64,000 bases of DNA from an uncultured delta proteobacterium (lineage in GTDB: Bacteria; Desulfobacterota; Desulfobacteria; Desulfobacterales; Desulfosalsimonadaceae). The notes beneath the pieces are model-generated. The model made no database searches and was not told the origin of the DNA. It saw only the letters and a list, made by a program, of their open reading frames with translations. The stretch is taken from positions 64,001 through 128,000 of the forward strand of contig CAWGYD010000004.1 of assembly GCA_963826785.1 (NCBI GenBank), in the 5' to 3' direction. Shown here piece after piece: positions 20,317 through 31,100 of the stretch. Both the position numbers and the translations under genes were made by a program. Position 1 is the stretch's first letter. Each line of letters begins with the position of its first letter.

Positions 20317-20359
20317 AAAACTGCCGGGTCACGTGAATATTGCGTCATCCGGCAGTTTT
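20317..20359. terminator. Bidirectional terminator between convergent genes
   Basis: AAAACTGCCGG...CCGGCAGTTTT. Confidence 0.65.
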
Positions 20360-20386
20360 ACTAATCTTTAATGATTGCGGATTTCA

Positions 20387-21088
20387 TCAGGCGTTTCTGA
20401 CGGAGGTCATCAGTTTGCCCCCCAGAGCAGTGCCGCCGATCAGCATGATGGCACCCAGAATCAGGAATGCCACCAGGCTCAGTACGCCGGGTGCGACCTG
20501 GGAAAGCGCAATGATTCCAAGGATGACCGCGGCCACCCCGACAATCACTTCCAGGCCGATCGAGGCGACGACCGCTTTTTTCAATCCTTTTTCCTCTTGT
20601 TCTTCTCCGGCCCGAAGCGAATTCAGATGCATTTTGGCACCGCTGGACAGGGCCAGTCCGATTCCCAGAACGATCGCAGCAATGGGCAGCAGCACCAGTG
20701 GATACACATTGACCAGCGCCAGAATGCTCAAGGCCAACCCGGCGCCGCCGGCCAGGAATTCAGCGCTCATGCCGCCGGCCACCTGGGCGCTTGTGGATTG
20801 CCCCCGTGCTCTGGTCAGCTTGCCGAATTCCGCACTGATGGACAATCCTTCCAGCATAATGGCGGCACTGATACAAATCGCCGCAACAGATGCGAGGATT
20901 CCCGGAGCTGCCCCGGCAAGGCCGATGATCGTGAGCACCAGCGCCGCCAGCCCGCCTATCATTTCAATAAACGATCCGCCCGCGAATACCTCCAGAACCC
21001 TTTTATCCTGGACGAAGCCCCGGCCCCGGACATCCGCCCGGCGGTCCACCGTATTCAATCTTCTGTCTTCAAAAGTTGCTTCAGCCAT
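20387..21088 (-). CDS. Gly/Ala-rich multi-pass membrane protein with a threefold internal repeat
   Basis: AGGAGG RBS; about 6 hydrophobic helices; repeated E-x3-G-x-A-x-L-x-L-x-I pattern. Confidence 0.8.
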   Translation of the reverse strand: MAEATFEDRRLNTVDRRADVRGRGFVQDKRVLEVFAGGSFIEMIGGLAALVLTIIGLAGAAPGILASVAAICISAAIMLEGLSISAEFGKLTRARGQSTSAQVAGGMSAEFLAGGAGLALSILALVNVYPLVLLPIAAIVLGIGLALSSGAKMHLNSLRAGEEQEEKGLKKAVVASIGLEVIVGVAAVILGIIALSQVAPGVLSLVAFLILGAIMLIGGTALGGKLMTSVRNA

Positions 21089-21288
21089 GATTGCCTCCTT
21101 ACATAGATTTTCATGTTCTATCCACTTGCGTTAACCATGCGCAAAGGCTCTGCTCTTTAAATCTTAAGCCTTGCGCTTTTCACCACTAACGATAGGGCAG
21201 GGATAGTTAAAAGAAAATGGGGGCAACCCGGTATTTTGGTATGGCGGGGGTGTAGTTTCAAAAAGCAGGACCATCGCCGCGCTGCAGA

Positions 21289-21717
21289 TCAGTCCTTAAG
21301 TTTTGCTTCAAGCGTGATTTCAGTACCGGCCAGGGCCCGCGACACCGGGCAGTTTTCTTTCGCATCCTGTGCATGTTTGCTGAAATCGGCCGCATCGATT
21401 TCCGGCACGTTGGCCTGGGTGACAAGATCGATTCTGGAAATGGCAAATCCGTTGCCGGATTTTTCCAGATGAACTTTGGCGGTGGTGTGAATCTGTTCGG
21501 GTGAATATCCGGCCTTCCCCAGGATCAATGAAAGCGCCATGGAAAAACATCCGGCGTGGGCCGCGCCGATCAGCTCTTCCGGATTGGTACCCGCCCCGGA
21601 TTCAAATCGGGATTTAAAGGAATAGGCGCCTTCGAATGCTCCGCTTCCCAGTTTCATGGTTCCGTTGCCGTTTTCAAGACTTCCGTTCCACTCAGCTTCC
21701 GATTGACGTACTGGCAT
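21289..21717 (-). CDS. osmC: OsmC-family peroxiredoxin
   Basis: GGGAGG RBS; AEWNGSL...[20 protein letters not shown]...[11 protein letters not shown]. Confidence 0.95.
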   Translation of the reverse strand: MPVRQSEAEWNGSLENGNGTMKLGSGAFEGAYSFKSRFESGAGTNPEELIGAAHAGCFSMALSLILGKAGYSPEQIHTTAKVHLEKSGNGFAISRIDLVTQANVPEIDAADFSKHAQDAKENCPVSRALAGTEITLEAKLKD

Positions 21718-22021
21718 AGGACCTCCCTGTTGTGTTGTGCAATGGTTCGGATGGATGATGGACCATATTGCCCGATTCTCATGGCGAGGCAAATAGGTGA
21801 AAACATGTATATGTGGTACATTTTGAATGTACCTTCGATCCGTGATCAGCAATAAACATTGAAAAATCTATAGGCTTTTACTTTGTGCCGGCATGTCGGG
21901 ATGATGTCTGAATTCATGTTTTCTTTTTCGCTCTAAAGAGCGCCCTGTCAGGACTGGCACCTGATTGATGCCGCCCCGCGGGGCCGTGGCGATTTCCCCG
22001 GTGTTTTGCCCGGGCCATGAT

Positions 22022-22597
22022 TCAGATGAGGCTGGAAATGATGTCGAAAAGATGTTTTTGCGTCAACACGCGGCCCTTGGCCAGAAAGGGATAGTCCTGA
22101 TCGAAACCGATCCTGCCGCAGTTGATGACTTCCCCTTGCCGGATATCCACATCCAATAGCTGGTTGCCGGAATGGATGGAAAAATAGTCGAGCAGGTTGT
22201 TTGCGATCCGGTCCTGCATGAATGAAAGGATTTCGGCCGGTGCTTCAAAAGAGACGATCTCGTAAGCTTGTGGTAGCAGGTCGATCTTTTTGCCGTAATA
22301 GAATTCCCCGCGTGTAAAAACAGCCTTTCGGCCGATGCGCAGAGGCCTTAAATACGTGTGCGTCAGGCCGGCGACTTTTTCATTTTTTTCGCAATTGTAC
22401 GATGGGTTCCGGAATACGGCATCATCGATGCCCAAGTGCGCAAAGACTTGGTCAATGCTCGACATCAGATCGATTACCGGTGGATCGGCATCAAGGCAAT
22501 TTTTGCGGGATTTCGTTTTCGCCTGACCGGCCATTAAATTTCCCTGTGTCATTTTCAAAGAGTTTAAACGGCGAAGCGTCCCTTGCGCCGGCATCAA
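22022..22597 (-). CDS. Hypothetical protein
   Basis: 191-aa ORF starting 15 nt after the upstream gene on the same strand; no motif recognised. Confidence 0.5.
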   Translation of the reverse strand: MMPAQGTLRRLNSLKMTQGNLMAGQAKTKSRKNCLDADPPVIDLMSSIDQVFAHLGIDDAVFRNPSYNCEKNEKVAGLTHTYLRPLRIGRKAVFTRGEFYYGKKIDLLPQAYEIVSFEAPAEILSFMQDRIANNLLDYFSIHSGNQLLDVDIRQGEVINCGRIGFDQDYPFLAKGRVLTQKHLFDIISSLI

Positions 22598-22612
22598 TTT
22601 TCTTTGCCATTT

Positions 22613-23274
22613 TTATCCGATGGCATCCCACACCGGCTTTTCCAGAAAGCGGGAGAGGGTATCCGCCTGCTGCCGGATCGTGTCGAGACTGCCGTGGTCG
22701 ATGACGTTGATGCGGCTCCCGTCCGTGAGCACCAGGTTGAGCTCATAGCTGTAGTAAGAATTTTTGTTGCCCCGGCAGTATTCTGAAACCAGTTGGAGCG
22801 CGTAAATCCGCTCGATTTCAGTAAATGCGGTCAGCTGCCTCGGCAGGGCATGGCGTGGGTTTTTCCGGCCTTTCCAGAAATAGCCCGCCTGTTTGTCGAA
22901 AGTGGCCGGGGCAAAGCCGAAGATCATCATGGCGCCGCCGGCCGCCGCAAAAGCCAGACCCATCAGGACCGGGAATAATCCCTCTGCCGAAAACAACGGG
23001 GCGTCCCGGGTCGTGTGGCGATAAAGGAATGCCCCCGCCAGCCCCAGTCCGGCAAGGCAAAAAAACAGGGCAAACAGGAATGCGCCGGCTGAAACCGTAA
23101 ACACCATCCGCCGGGGGAAACGCTGTGCAGCCGGTGGGTGCAAAAACTGGCGCCGCCTGACTTTGCCGGACCCCACTCTATGGTCTCAGCCAGGGGATCG
23201 TTGAAACTTTTGGGATCGACCGGCGTGGGTACCCGGATGTATTTTGCCAGCCGCGCGAAGAGTTGTCTGACCAT
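22613..23274 (-). CDS. Membrane protein split by a 1-nt frameshift in a homopolymer at ~23115
   Basis: ORF 22963..23274 (WGPAKSGGASFCTHRLHSVSP) continues into ORF 22613..23176 (RRMVFTVSAGAFLF...SYELNLVLTDGSRINVIDHG) if one C is added to the minus-strand C5 run. Confidence 0.7.
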
Positions 23275-23471
23275 TGATTTTCGTTTGTGCTGTCGGGTTC
23301 ATGGGGATTTTCGAATTGTTGCCATCTTATCCAGGAAACGGCGAAAAAGTCAAGGAGGGAGAGTCGCTTACATGGGGCAAAACGAATCAGCTGCAGATAA
23401 GTGAGCCTGTTCGGCTGAAGCGCTGGGGCTGTGTATAAAAGGAGACACGTGTATACGGGAAGGAACGAAAA

Positions 23472-24845
23472 TCAGGGCTGTTTCATGCCGATTCGCGTTT
23501 CCTGGTGATTGACCATGGCAACATCGACCAAGTAATCGAACCCGGGATCCTTATCGAGGGTATGGCATCGGGTGCAGGTGTTTTCTGTGACCGGCCGCAA
23601 AAGCTTGCTGTCCGGGTCTTTTACATGATGGGCGGCGGGGCCGTGGCAAGCTTCGCACTGGACCCCGGCCATCCATCCGCTTCCGGCGTCTGGATTAAAA
23701 ATGCTGCCGGGATCGGCATTTAGAAGACCCGTGGCATGGCAGGCAAGACAGTCCGGGTCAAACCCCCTCCTGCGGGCTGTCAGGCTCTCATGGGCGCGGG
23801 CATGGAGGCTTTCCGCCCAGGACCGGTTGATCTCCGGATGGCAGGACCTGCAGGCGCCGCTGCCCGCAAAGGCTTCCCCGCCTCTTGAGGAAATCAGGGC
23901 CTTCATATCGGTTTGGTCCTGCGGGCCAAGGAAGGCTTCTTGTTTTTGATTGATCCAGAGTGCAAACAGCCTCTTGATTTCAGGGTCTTCTTCGATTTGC
24001 CCCACCGTGGCCCGGAGGTGCCGGGAAGCGGAGAAGCCGGGTGCGCCGGCAGCAGCGCCGAGATAATCGGTATAGGCGACGTACATGCCCAGGCTGTTGT
24101 TGGCTACGATCGGGGGGGATGCCCCCATGTCGTCGACCGGAGCATCGGATGCGGCCAGGCCATCCACGATCATGCCGATGCCGGGGCAGTTTTCAATGAG
24201 AGTTGTCCGGTAGGCGGCATCCCCATAAACAATGACCACCATCAGGTCGTCACCGTTTCTGCGCCTGATTTCCCGGAGTGCCGGGATGGGGTCTGCGAAG
24301 ACAATCTTCGGGTCGGCGGATATGGCCAGCGCCGGGTCCATAACCGATGTCACCACCACCGGCGTACGGCCGCTGTTTTTCATAAACCGCGCAGAAGCCT
24401 TGAATCCGGGTATATTTGCTGAAACCAGCGGGACCTTGTAAAACTGCCGAAGTGTATCGGCGGCGTTTTTAAGATCATCCGGTCCGACGCCGATGACCTC
24501 CACACCGGAGGCGGCCAGGGCGGACAGGATAAAGTCGTTTTCCGCCGAAGCGGTATCCGGCGCCGGGTTGAAGTTGTCCCCGGCATTGATGACCAGGGTC
24601 CGGTCCGGACCGAATTCCCTTTTTAATGTGTCGATCAGTGTTTTCCGGCGGGAAAGCCCCCCCGCCTGGTTCTTCTGTCAGCCGCACGGTTCGGCGTTGC
24701 CGTTGAGCCCGCCGCCGTAAATGATCCGCAGAGCGGCGCCCTGCGCGGCATCGCCCCGCATGTCGCCGTCCGCCAGGGATGCCGCCGACGTCAGAAGGAT
24801 GGCCAGCAGCGTAAACGCAGCGCGCAGGTGGGCTTGATATGACAA
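23472..24845 (-). CDS. Probable selenoprotein: secreted UshA-like (CGU) domain fused to a tetraheme cytochrome c (c554-like)
   Basis: GAGGAG RBS, TTG start at 24845, signal peptide, LRIIYGGGLNGNAEPCG-UGA(24680..24678)-QKNQAGGLSRR...INAGDNF...VSANI, all in frame with ORF 23472..24503 (CRSCH, CLACH, CEACH, CTRCH); SECIS-like hairpin follows; 457 aa. Confidence 0.85.
24647..24666 (-). other. Candidate bacterial SECIS hairpin
   Basis: Begins 11 nt after the UGA: GGCGGGGG-GGCU-UUCCCGCC, with a G-initiated apical loop. Confidence 0.65.
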
Positions 24846-25034
24846 AGACCGATGCTCCTCTTTATTTCGTATTCAGATGCGCCGGCGCCGTCGTACAGAT
24901 CATCATCTGGCGCCTTTTACTTACTGCTTTTTGCATCCGGTTGAATGTAAAGCCAAATTCAGGGGATCAACAATCGTCGTGCCGGCGTATCGAATTTCGA
25001 CGCGCCCGGGTCGATTGTCGTGTGAATACTAAAT

Positions 25035-25049
25035 CCAATTTCCGTGCCA
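25035..25049 (-). promoter_or_regulatory. Sigma54-type -24/-12 promoter candidate toward the selenoprotein cytochrome
   Basis: TGGCACG-GAAA-TTGG, one mismatch to TGGCACG-N4-TTGC. Confidence 0.5.
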
Positions 25050-25294
25050 AAAGTGTCAATTACCGCGCTGGCTGATGGGAAGCAAAAAAAATTGCTGTAT
25101 TTTAAATCGCTTGCGCTCCTGAAATTCTGATGCCGATCCATTTACGCATTTGGAAATTTAAACATTGACATTTGATGTGTTAACTTTTATTTAACATGTA
25201 ACCAAAAGGAACGTTACCAAAACGTTACCTTCTTCTGCCCTCAAGAGCGTATGGTCAAAGAGGGCTTGCAAATGGAGATGCCTTAAATCCTCTG

Positions 25295-26698
25295 ATGGAA
25301 GATCGTTGTCTGCAGGATATTTTCGATAGCCGGTTTGCGCGTTTACTGCTCGATGCAATGGCAGAAGGCGTCTTCACGCTGGATGTGCAGGGGCGGATCA
25401 CCTCCTGGAATCCCTCCATGGAAAAACTGACCGGCTACAGTGCCGGAGAGGCCATCGGCCAAACCTGCAAGACCCTGAAATTCACCCGTTGCCTGAACCG
25501 GACATGTCCCGAGAACATCAATGAATGCACCATCTACAGCCGGGGTTCGGTGGAATCGGCCGAATGCCAGATGCGCCACCGGGACGGCCATATCGTTCCG
25601 GTGATCAAGAATGCACGGGTGGTGAAGGATGAACTGGGCGATGACATCGGCGTGGTGGAGACGGTCACCGATATATCGGAACTGATGGATGTTCGCCGCC
25701 AGGTGGAAGAAGCCGCCCTGAAACTGGCCGAAACCCATCAATTTGAAAACATCATCGGTAAAAGCGCCGTCATGCGCAGGGTGTTCGATTCTGTCCGGGC
25801 CGCAGCCAAAAGCGATGCCACCGTGCTGATCCAGGGGGAAAGCGGCACCGGAAAGGAACTGGTGGCCGGGGCCATCCATTTTCATAGCGACCGGTCCCGA
25901 GGCCCCCTCATCCCCGTCAACTGCAGTGCGCTTTCGGAATCGATTCTGGAAAGCGAACTGTTCGGACATGTGCGGGGGGCGTTTACCGGCGCTCACCGGG
26001 ATCGGAAAGGCCGGTTCGAGGAATCCCATGGCGGGACCATCTTTCTGGATGAAATCGGCGAGATCAGCCCCTATATACAGCTCAAGCTTTTGCGGGCCAT
26101 CCAGGAGCGGCAGATCGAGCGGGTGGGAGATTCCAACTCAATGGATCTCGATTTTCGTGTGATCGCCGCCACCAACAAGGACCTGTATGGATTGGTCCGG
26201 CAGGGTCTGTTCAGGGAGGATCTGTATTATCGGCTCAAGGTGTTTCCCATCCATATGCCACCGCTGATGGCGCGAAAAGACGACATTCCGCTGCTGGCCA
26301 CCCATTTTGTAAACCGGTTCAATCGTAAAACCGGCCGGCGGATCAAGGGGGTGGCCAAGGATGCCATGCGGCTGCTGATGGCGCATGCGTGGCCCGGAAA
26401 TGTCCGGGAACTCGAAAATGCCATCGAGCATGCATTCGTGCTGTGCGAAGAAGAAATTATCAAGGCGGCGGCACTGCCGGTGGAAATCCGCAAAATTCCC
26501 GCCGCCCCTCTGCTGGGGCATGGCCCCGTGGTAACGGGGGGCATCCGGGCGGGTTCGCCGAACCGGACGGATCTTCTGGAACTGCTGGATGCATGCGGAT
26601 GGAACAAGGCCGAGGTGGGCCGCCGGCTCGGCATCAGCCGGACTTCAGTATGGAAGTACATGAAAAAACATGATATTCCGTTAAAAAGACCGGATTAG
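25295..26698 (+). CDS. PAS-domain sigma54-dependent transcriptional activator
   Basis: N-terminal PAS with 4 clustered Cys, GESGTGKE, GAFTGA, FLDEIG, WPGNVREL, C-terminal Fis-type HTH. Confidence 0.95.
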   Translation: MEDRCLQDIFDSRFARLLLDAMAEGVFTLDVQGRITSWNPSMEKLTGYSAGEAIGQTCKTLKFTRCLNRTCPENINECTIYSRGSVESAECQMRHRDGHIVPVIKNARVVKDELGDDIGVVETVTDISELMDVRRQVEEAALKLAETHQFENIIGKSAVMRRVFDSVRAAAKSDATVLIQGESGTGKELVAGAIHFHSDRSRGPLIPVNCSALSESILESELFGHVRGAFTGAHRDRKGRFEESHGGTIFLDEIGEISPYIQLKLLRAIQERQIERVGDSNSMDLDFRVIAATNKDLYGLVRQGLFREDLYYRLKVFPIHMPPLMARKDDIPLLATHFVNRFNRKTGRRIKGVAKDAMRLLMAHAWPGNVRELENAIEHAFVLCEEEIIKAAALPVEIRKIPAAPLLGHGPVVTGGIRAGSPNRTDLLELLDACGWNKAEVGRRLGISRTSVWKYMKKHDIPLKRPD

Positions 26699-27152
26699 GG
26701 GGCGTGTCCACTTCTCAGGGGAAGCGGATGCCTGTGCGGTCAAAAAGGTTCATCGCACCGGTTTTTTTCAACCGCACCGGATTTTAATAGAAGCTGCGGG
26801 AAAATGATCAAAAAAATGTAGTTCTATTTTAAATAAATTCAATTATTTTCAATGGCATGCCCTCCCGTTGAAATTGTTTGTCTTGACAAGGGATTAGTCG
26901 GGTGCTCTTATAAAACCTTTTTTACATGGGTTATGGGGTGCAAGTTGTAACTGCTTGATAATTAATATTTTTTCGGAACTGACGGCGGGGCCCCGATTTG
27001 GAGTATGATCACTGCAGACGGATTGCCCTCACCAAGGGTTTCCGAGCCCGCAGCATGGCTCCCCGGAAAAAAGCGCATCGCAACCGAACTCTCCGGGATG
27101 CACTGTTCAACGGTAAAAGAATGATATCTAAAACGGCTTCAAGAATGAAGGA

Positions 27153-28034
27153 ATGCACATCATGAGCTTAAAGAGAAAATTATCAGCCGGTGATTTTGTA
27201 GTCATGGCCGAGATGAACACGCCCAAGGGCGTGGATATATCGGAGCTGGTGACCAATGCGCGGCGCCTCAAGGGCCGGGTGGATGCGGTGGTGATTCCGG
27301 ACATGGACAACGGTGTCATGCGCATGAGTGCCCTGGCCGGCGGCACGCTGATGCGCCAGCAAGGGTTTGATACGGTCATGCATGTCTATGGCCGGGACAA
27401 GAACCGCATTGCCCTCCAGGGCGACCTGCTCGCCGCCTATGTCATGGGCATTGAAAACCTGCTGGTGGTCCGGGGTGAAGAGATGGCCGCCGGGGATCAC
27501 CGGGAGGCCAAACCCGTGGACGATCTGGATGAGCAGGCGATCTTCGGCATGATCCGCTCCCTGAAGGAGGGGGTTGACATGGCTGGTTTCGAACTCAAGG
27601 GAATCCCGGATTTTACCGTGGGATGCGCGCTGCTGCCGTTCACAGATGATGCCGGAATGGAATCCGAAATCGAGTCGATCCGGAAGAAAAAGGAGGCCGG
27701 CGCGCAGTTCGTCATCATTCCGCCGATCTTCGACATGGCCCTCTGCACCCGGCTGGTAAAGCGGCTGAAGGAGCTGGATATCGCCGTCATCGCCACGGTT
27801 TTTCTGCTGAAAAATGTCGGCATGGCCCGGTACCTTTCCATCAATGATCCGGCTTCCAGGGTCTCCGAAGAAATGATTACCCGGATCCGGAAGGCTTCCG
27901 ACCGGGAAGCGGAATGCATCCGCATGGCAGGCGAAATGGCACTTGAACTGAAAAAATCGGCTGATGGCATCAAGCTGGTGACGCTGGGCTGGGAACACCG
28001 GCTGCCGGCCATCCTTGAAAAAGCGGGATTGTAG
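27153..28034 (+). CDS. Methylenetetrahydrofolate reductase-like protein (divergent MetF paralog)
   Basis: AEMNTPKG, MRMSALA, RDKNRIALQGDL; RGE in place of GD and IIPP in place of the TQ motif. Confidence 0.8.
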   Translation: MHIMSLKRKLSAGDFVVMAEMNTPKGVDISELVTNARRLKGRVDAVVIPDMDNGVMRMSALAGGTLMRQQGFDTVMHVYGRDKNRIALQGDLLAAYVMGIENLLVVRGEEMAAGDHREAKPVDDLDEQAIFGMIRSLKEGVDMAGFELKGIPDFTVGCALLPFTDDAGMESEIESIRKKKEAGAQFVIIPPIFDMALCTRLVKRLKELDIAVIATVFLLKNVGMARYLSINDPASRVSEEMITRIRKASDREAECIRMAGEMALELKKSADGIKLVTLGWEHRLPAILEKAGL

Positions 28035-28102
28035 CTTAAGACAGCCTTATTCACGACATGGTGCGGAAACTCAATAACCGCAAGCATATAAATAGGTAAC
28101 AC

Positions 28103-31100
28103 ATGGAAGAAAATAGCGATTACAACGGCCACCGGCCTGAAAATAAAAAAATCCTGGTGATCGGCGGCGGCATGGGAGGGATCCGGGCGGCTCTGGACCT
28201 TGCCGAGTCCCGCCGGGACGTGGTCCTGATCGATCAGTCATACGCCATCGGCGGACTGATGACCCAGCTGGACCGCACCTTTCCCACCAATAACTGCGAT
28301 TTATGCACCGTATCACCGCATCTGTCCGAAAGCGGCCGCCAGCTGCACATCGACATCAAACCGATGACCACGGTGGAACGCGTCGAAGGCGAAGCGGGTG
28401 ATTTTACGGTCACCCTGAAAACCGCTCCCCGCTATATCGATCCGGAAAAATGCACGGCATGCGGTGAATGCGCGGAGAAATTTCCTCAATGGGTGCGGTT
28501 TACCCCCGGTCTCGATCCCCGCGCGCCCACCTGCATGCGTTATCCCCAGGCCACGCCTTACGCCTATTCCATCGACATGGAAAAAGTCGAAGATGTCGCG
28601 GCGCTGCAGGCGACCTGCCGGGCCGGTGCCATTCTTCCCGAAGATACGGAAAAATGTCAAACCCTGACAGCGGCCTCCATTATCCTCGCCACCGGTGCGG
28701 ACCTGTTCGATTACTCCGTGCTGGACAACTTCGGGGGCGGGAAATTCGCCAACATCGTCAGCGGACTTGAATATGAACGGATCATGTCGGCCTCCGGACC
28801 GACCAAGGGTGAACTGGTCCGGCCCTCGGATGGCAAACGGCCCCAGAAAGTCGCCTGGATTCAATGCGTGGGCTCACGCGGCATCAACCGCGCCGATGTT
28901 CCCTACTGCTCCAGCGTCTGCTGCATGTATGCGCTCAAAGAGGCCATGGTCACCAAGGAACGGTTTGCCGACGACATCGAGGCCACTATTTTTTACATGG
29001 ACATGCGGACATTCGGGAAGGATTACGAGCGCTACCTGGAGCGGGCCAAAGGCGAATACAACGTCCGCCTGATCCGGAGCCGGCCCCATACGGTGCTCGA
29101 GCACCCCGAAACCAAAAATCTGTCCATCAATTACATCACCGACGATTCCATTGCGCACCTTACCGAAGAATTCGATATGGTGGTGCTCTCCACCGGATTC
29201 AGGGTACCGCAGCGGACACTGGATCTGGCGGCCCGCCTGGGCATCGAAGTCAATGTCCACGGATTCGCCCAGACCGGAAATTTTTCTCCGGTGGCCACTT
29301 CGCGTCCGGGAATTTATGTCTGCGGTGTCTATGAAAGCCCCAAGGATATTCCCGAAACCATGGTCCAGGCCAGTGCCGCCGCCTGTGTCGCCGGAGCGGA
29401 TCTGGAAGTTCCCGCCTCTATCCAGGCCGAAGAAGATGACTTTACGCCCGAGCGGGACGTCTCCGGCGAACCGAGCCGCATCGGGGTGTTCATCTGCGAC
29501 TGCGGCGAGGAGATCGGCGGTCTCATTGCGGTGCCGTCTCTGGTAAAATTCGCCCAAACCCTTCCAGACGTGGTGGCGGTCGAGGCCGTGGGGCATGGCT
29601 GCAGCAGCGCCTCCATGGACCGGATCGAGCAGGTGATCAAAGAGCGCGGCCTCAACCGGGTGGTGATCGGCGGATGTTCACCCCGGACCCATGAGACCAA
29701 ATTCCAGGATCTGTTGCGCCGGGCGGGACTGAACAAGTACCTGGTCGAAATCGTCAATCTTCGGGACCAGGATGCCTGGGCCCACATCAACCGGCCGGCC
29801 GATGCCGAAAACAAGGCGAAAAAATTGCTCAGCATGGGTATATCCGCGGTGCAGAAAAGCCATCCGCTTACCGAGCACACCCTGCCCGTCAGCCAGAACG
29901 TGCTGGTGGTGGGCGGTGGTATCACGGGGATGAATGCCGCACTGCAGCTGGCCGGACAGGGTTTCCGGGTCTATCTGCTGGAGCGCGCCGCGAAATTGGG
30001 CGGTCTTGCCGGAACCATCCGCCGGACCCTGGAGGGTGACGACGTGTCGGCCTATGTCGCGGACCTGATCAAACGAACCGAGAAAGAGGAACGCATCCAG
30101 GTGCTGACCCAGGCCATCATCGTGGATCATTCCGGCATGCCCGGCCTGTTTACCACCGGCATCCAGATGGGGCCGCGCATGCATTACATGCAGATCAAGC
30201 ACGGGGTCACCATCATGGCCACCGGCGCACTTCCCCGCCGGCCCGACGAATACCTGCTGGGAAAAGACAAACGGGTCATGACCCAGCTGGACCTCGACGG
30301 CATCATCGAAGATGACCCGGACCGGATTTCATCCCTGAAAACCATCGTGATGATCCAGTGCGTGGGTTCCCGGCAGCCGGACAATCCCAACTGTTCGCGG
30401 GTCTGCTGCCAGACGGCCATTAAAAATGCTCTGCGGATCAAGGCCATCAATCCCGAGGCGGAGATCTTCGTGCTGTATCGGGATATGCGCACCTATGGCT
30501 TTTCGGAGGATTATTACCGGGAGGCCCGGAAACAGGACGTGAAATTCGTCCGGTACGGGGTGGAGAACAAGCCGAAGGTAAATGCCGGAGCCGATGGGCT
30601 GTCCGTTTTGTTCAATGATCCCATCCTGGGCATGGATATCGAGGTTTCCGCCGACTGCGTGGCCCTGAGCACCGGGTTTGTGGCCGATGAGGAAACCACC
30701 GAGGATCTGGCCATCATGTTCCACCTGTCCCGGTCCGAGGACAACTATTACCTGGAAGATCATATCAAGCTGCGGCCCATGGACATGGCGGTCCGGGGAT
30801 TCTTTATCGCGGGAACGGCACATGCGCCCAAAAATATGCGGGAAAGCATCACCCAGGCGCAGGCGGCTGCCGGCCGGGCACAGACCCTGCTGGCCCAGAA
30901 GGTCATCAATGTGGGAGCGGTCACCGCCAGGGTGGACTCCACCAAATGCGCCTCCTGCCTCATCTGTGTGCGCGCCTGTCCGTTTGATGTGCCGTATATC
31001 AATGCCGAAGGCTACTCCGAGATCGATCCGGCCAAGTGCCAGGGATGCGGCATCTGCGCCGCGGATTGCCCGGCCAAGGCCATTCAGCTGATGAAATTTG

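Noticed and set aside
26880..27152. Riboswitch (SAM, SAH, THF or ZTP) in the long leader of the metF-like gene
   Set aside because: No recognisable consensus core by eye; an Rfam cmscan would be decisive
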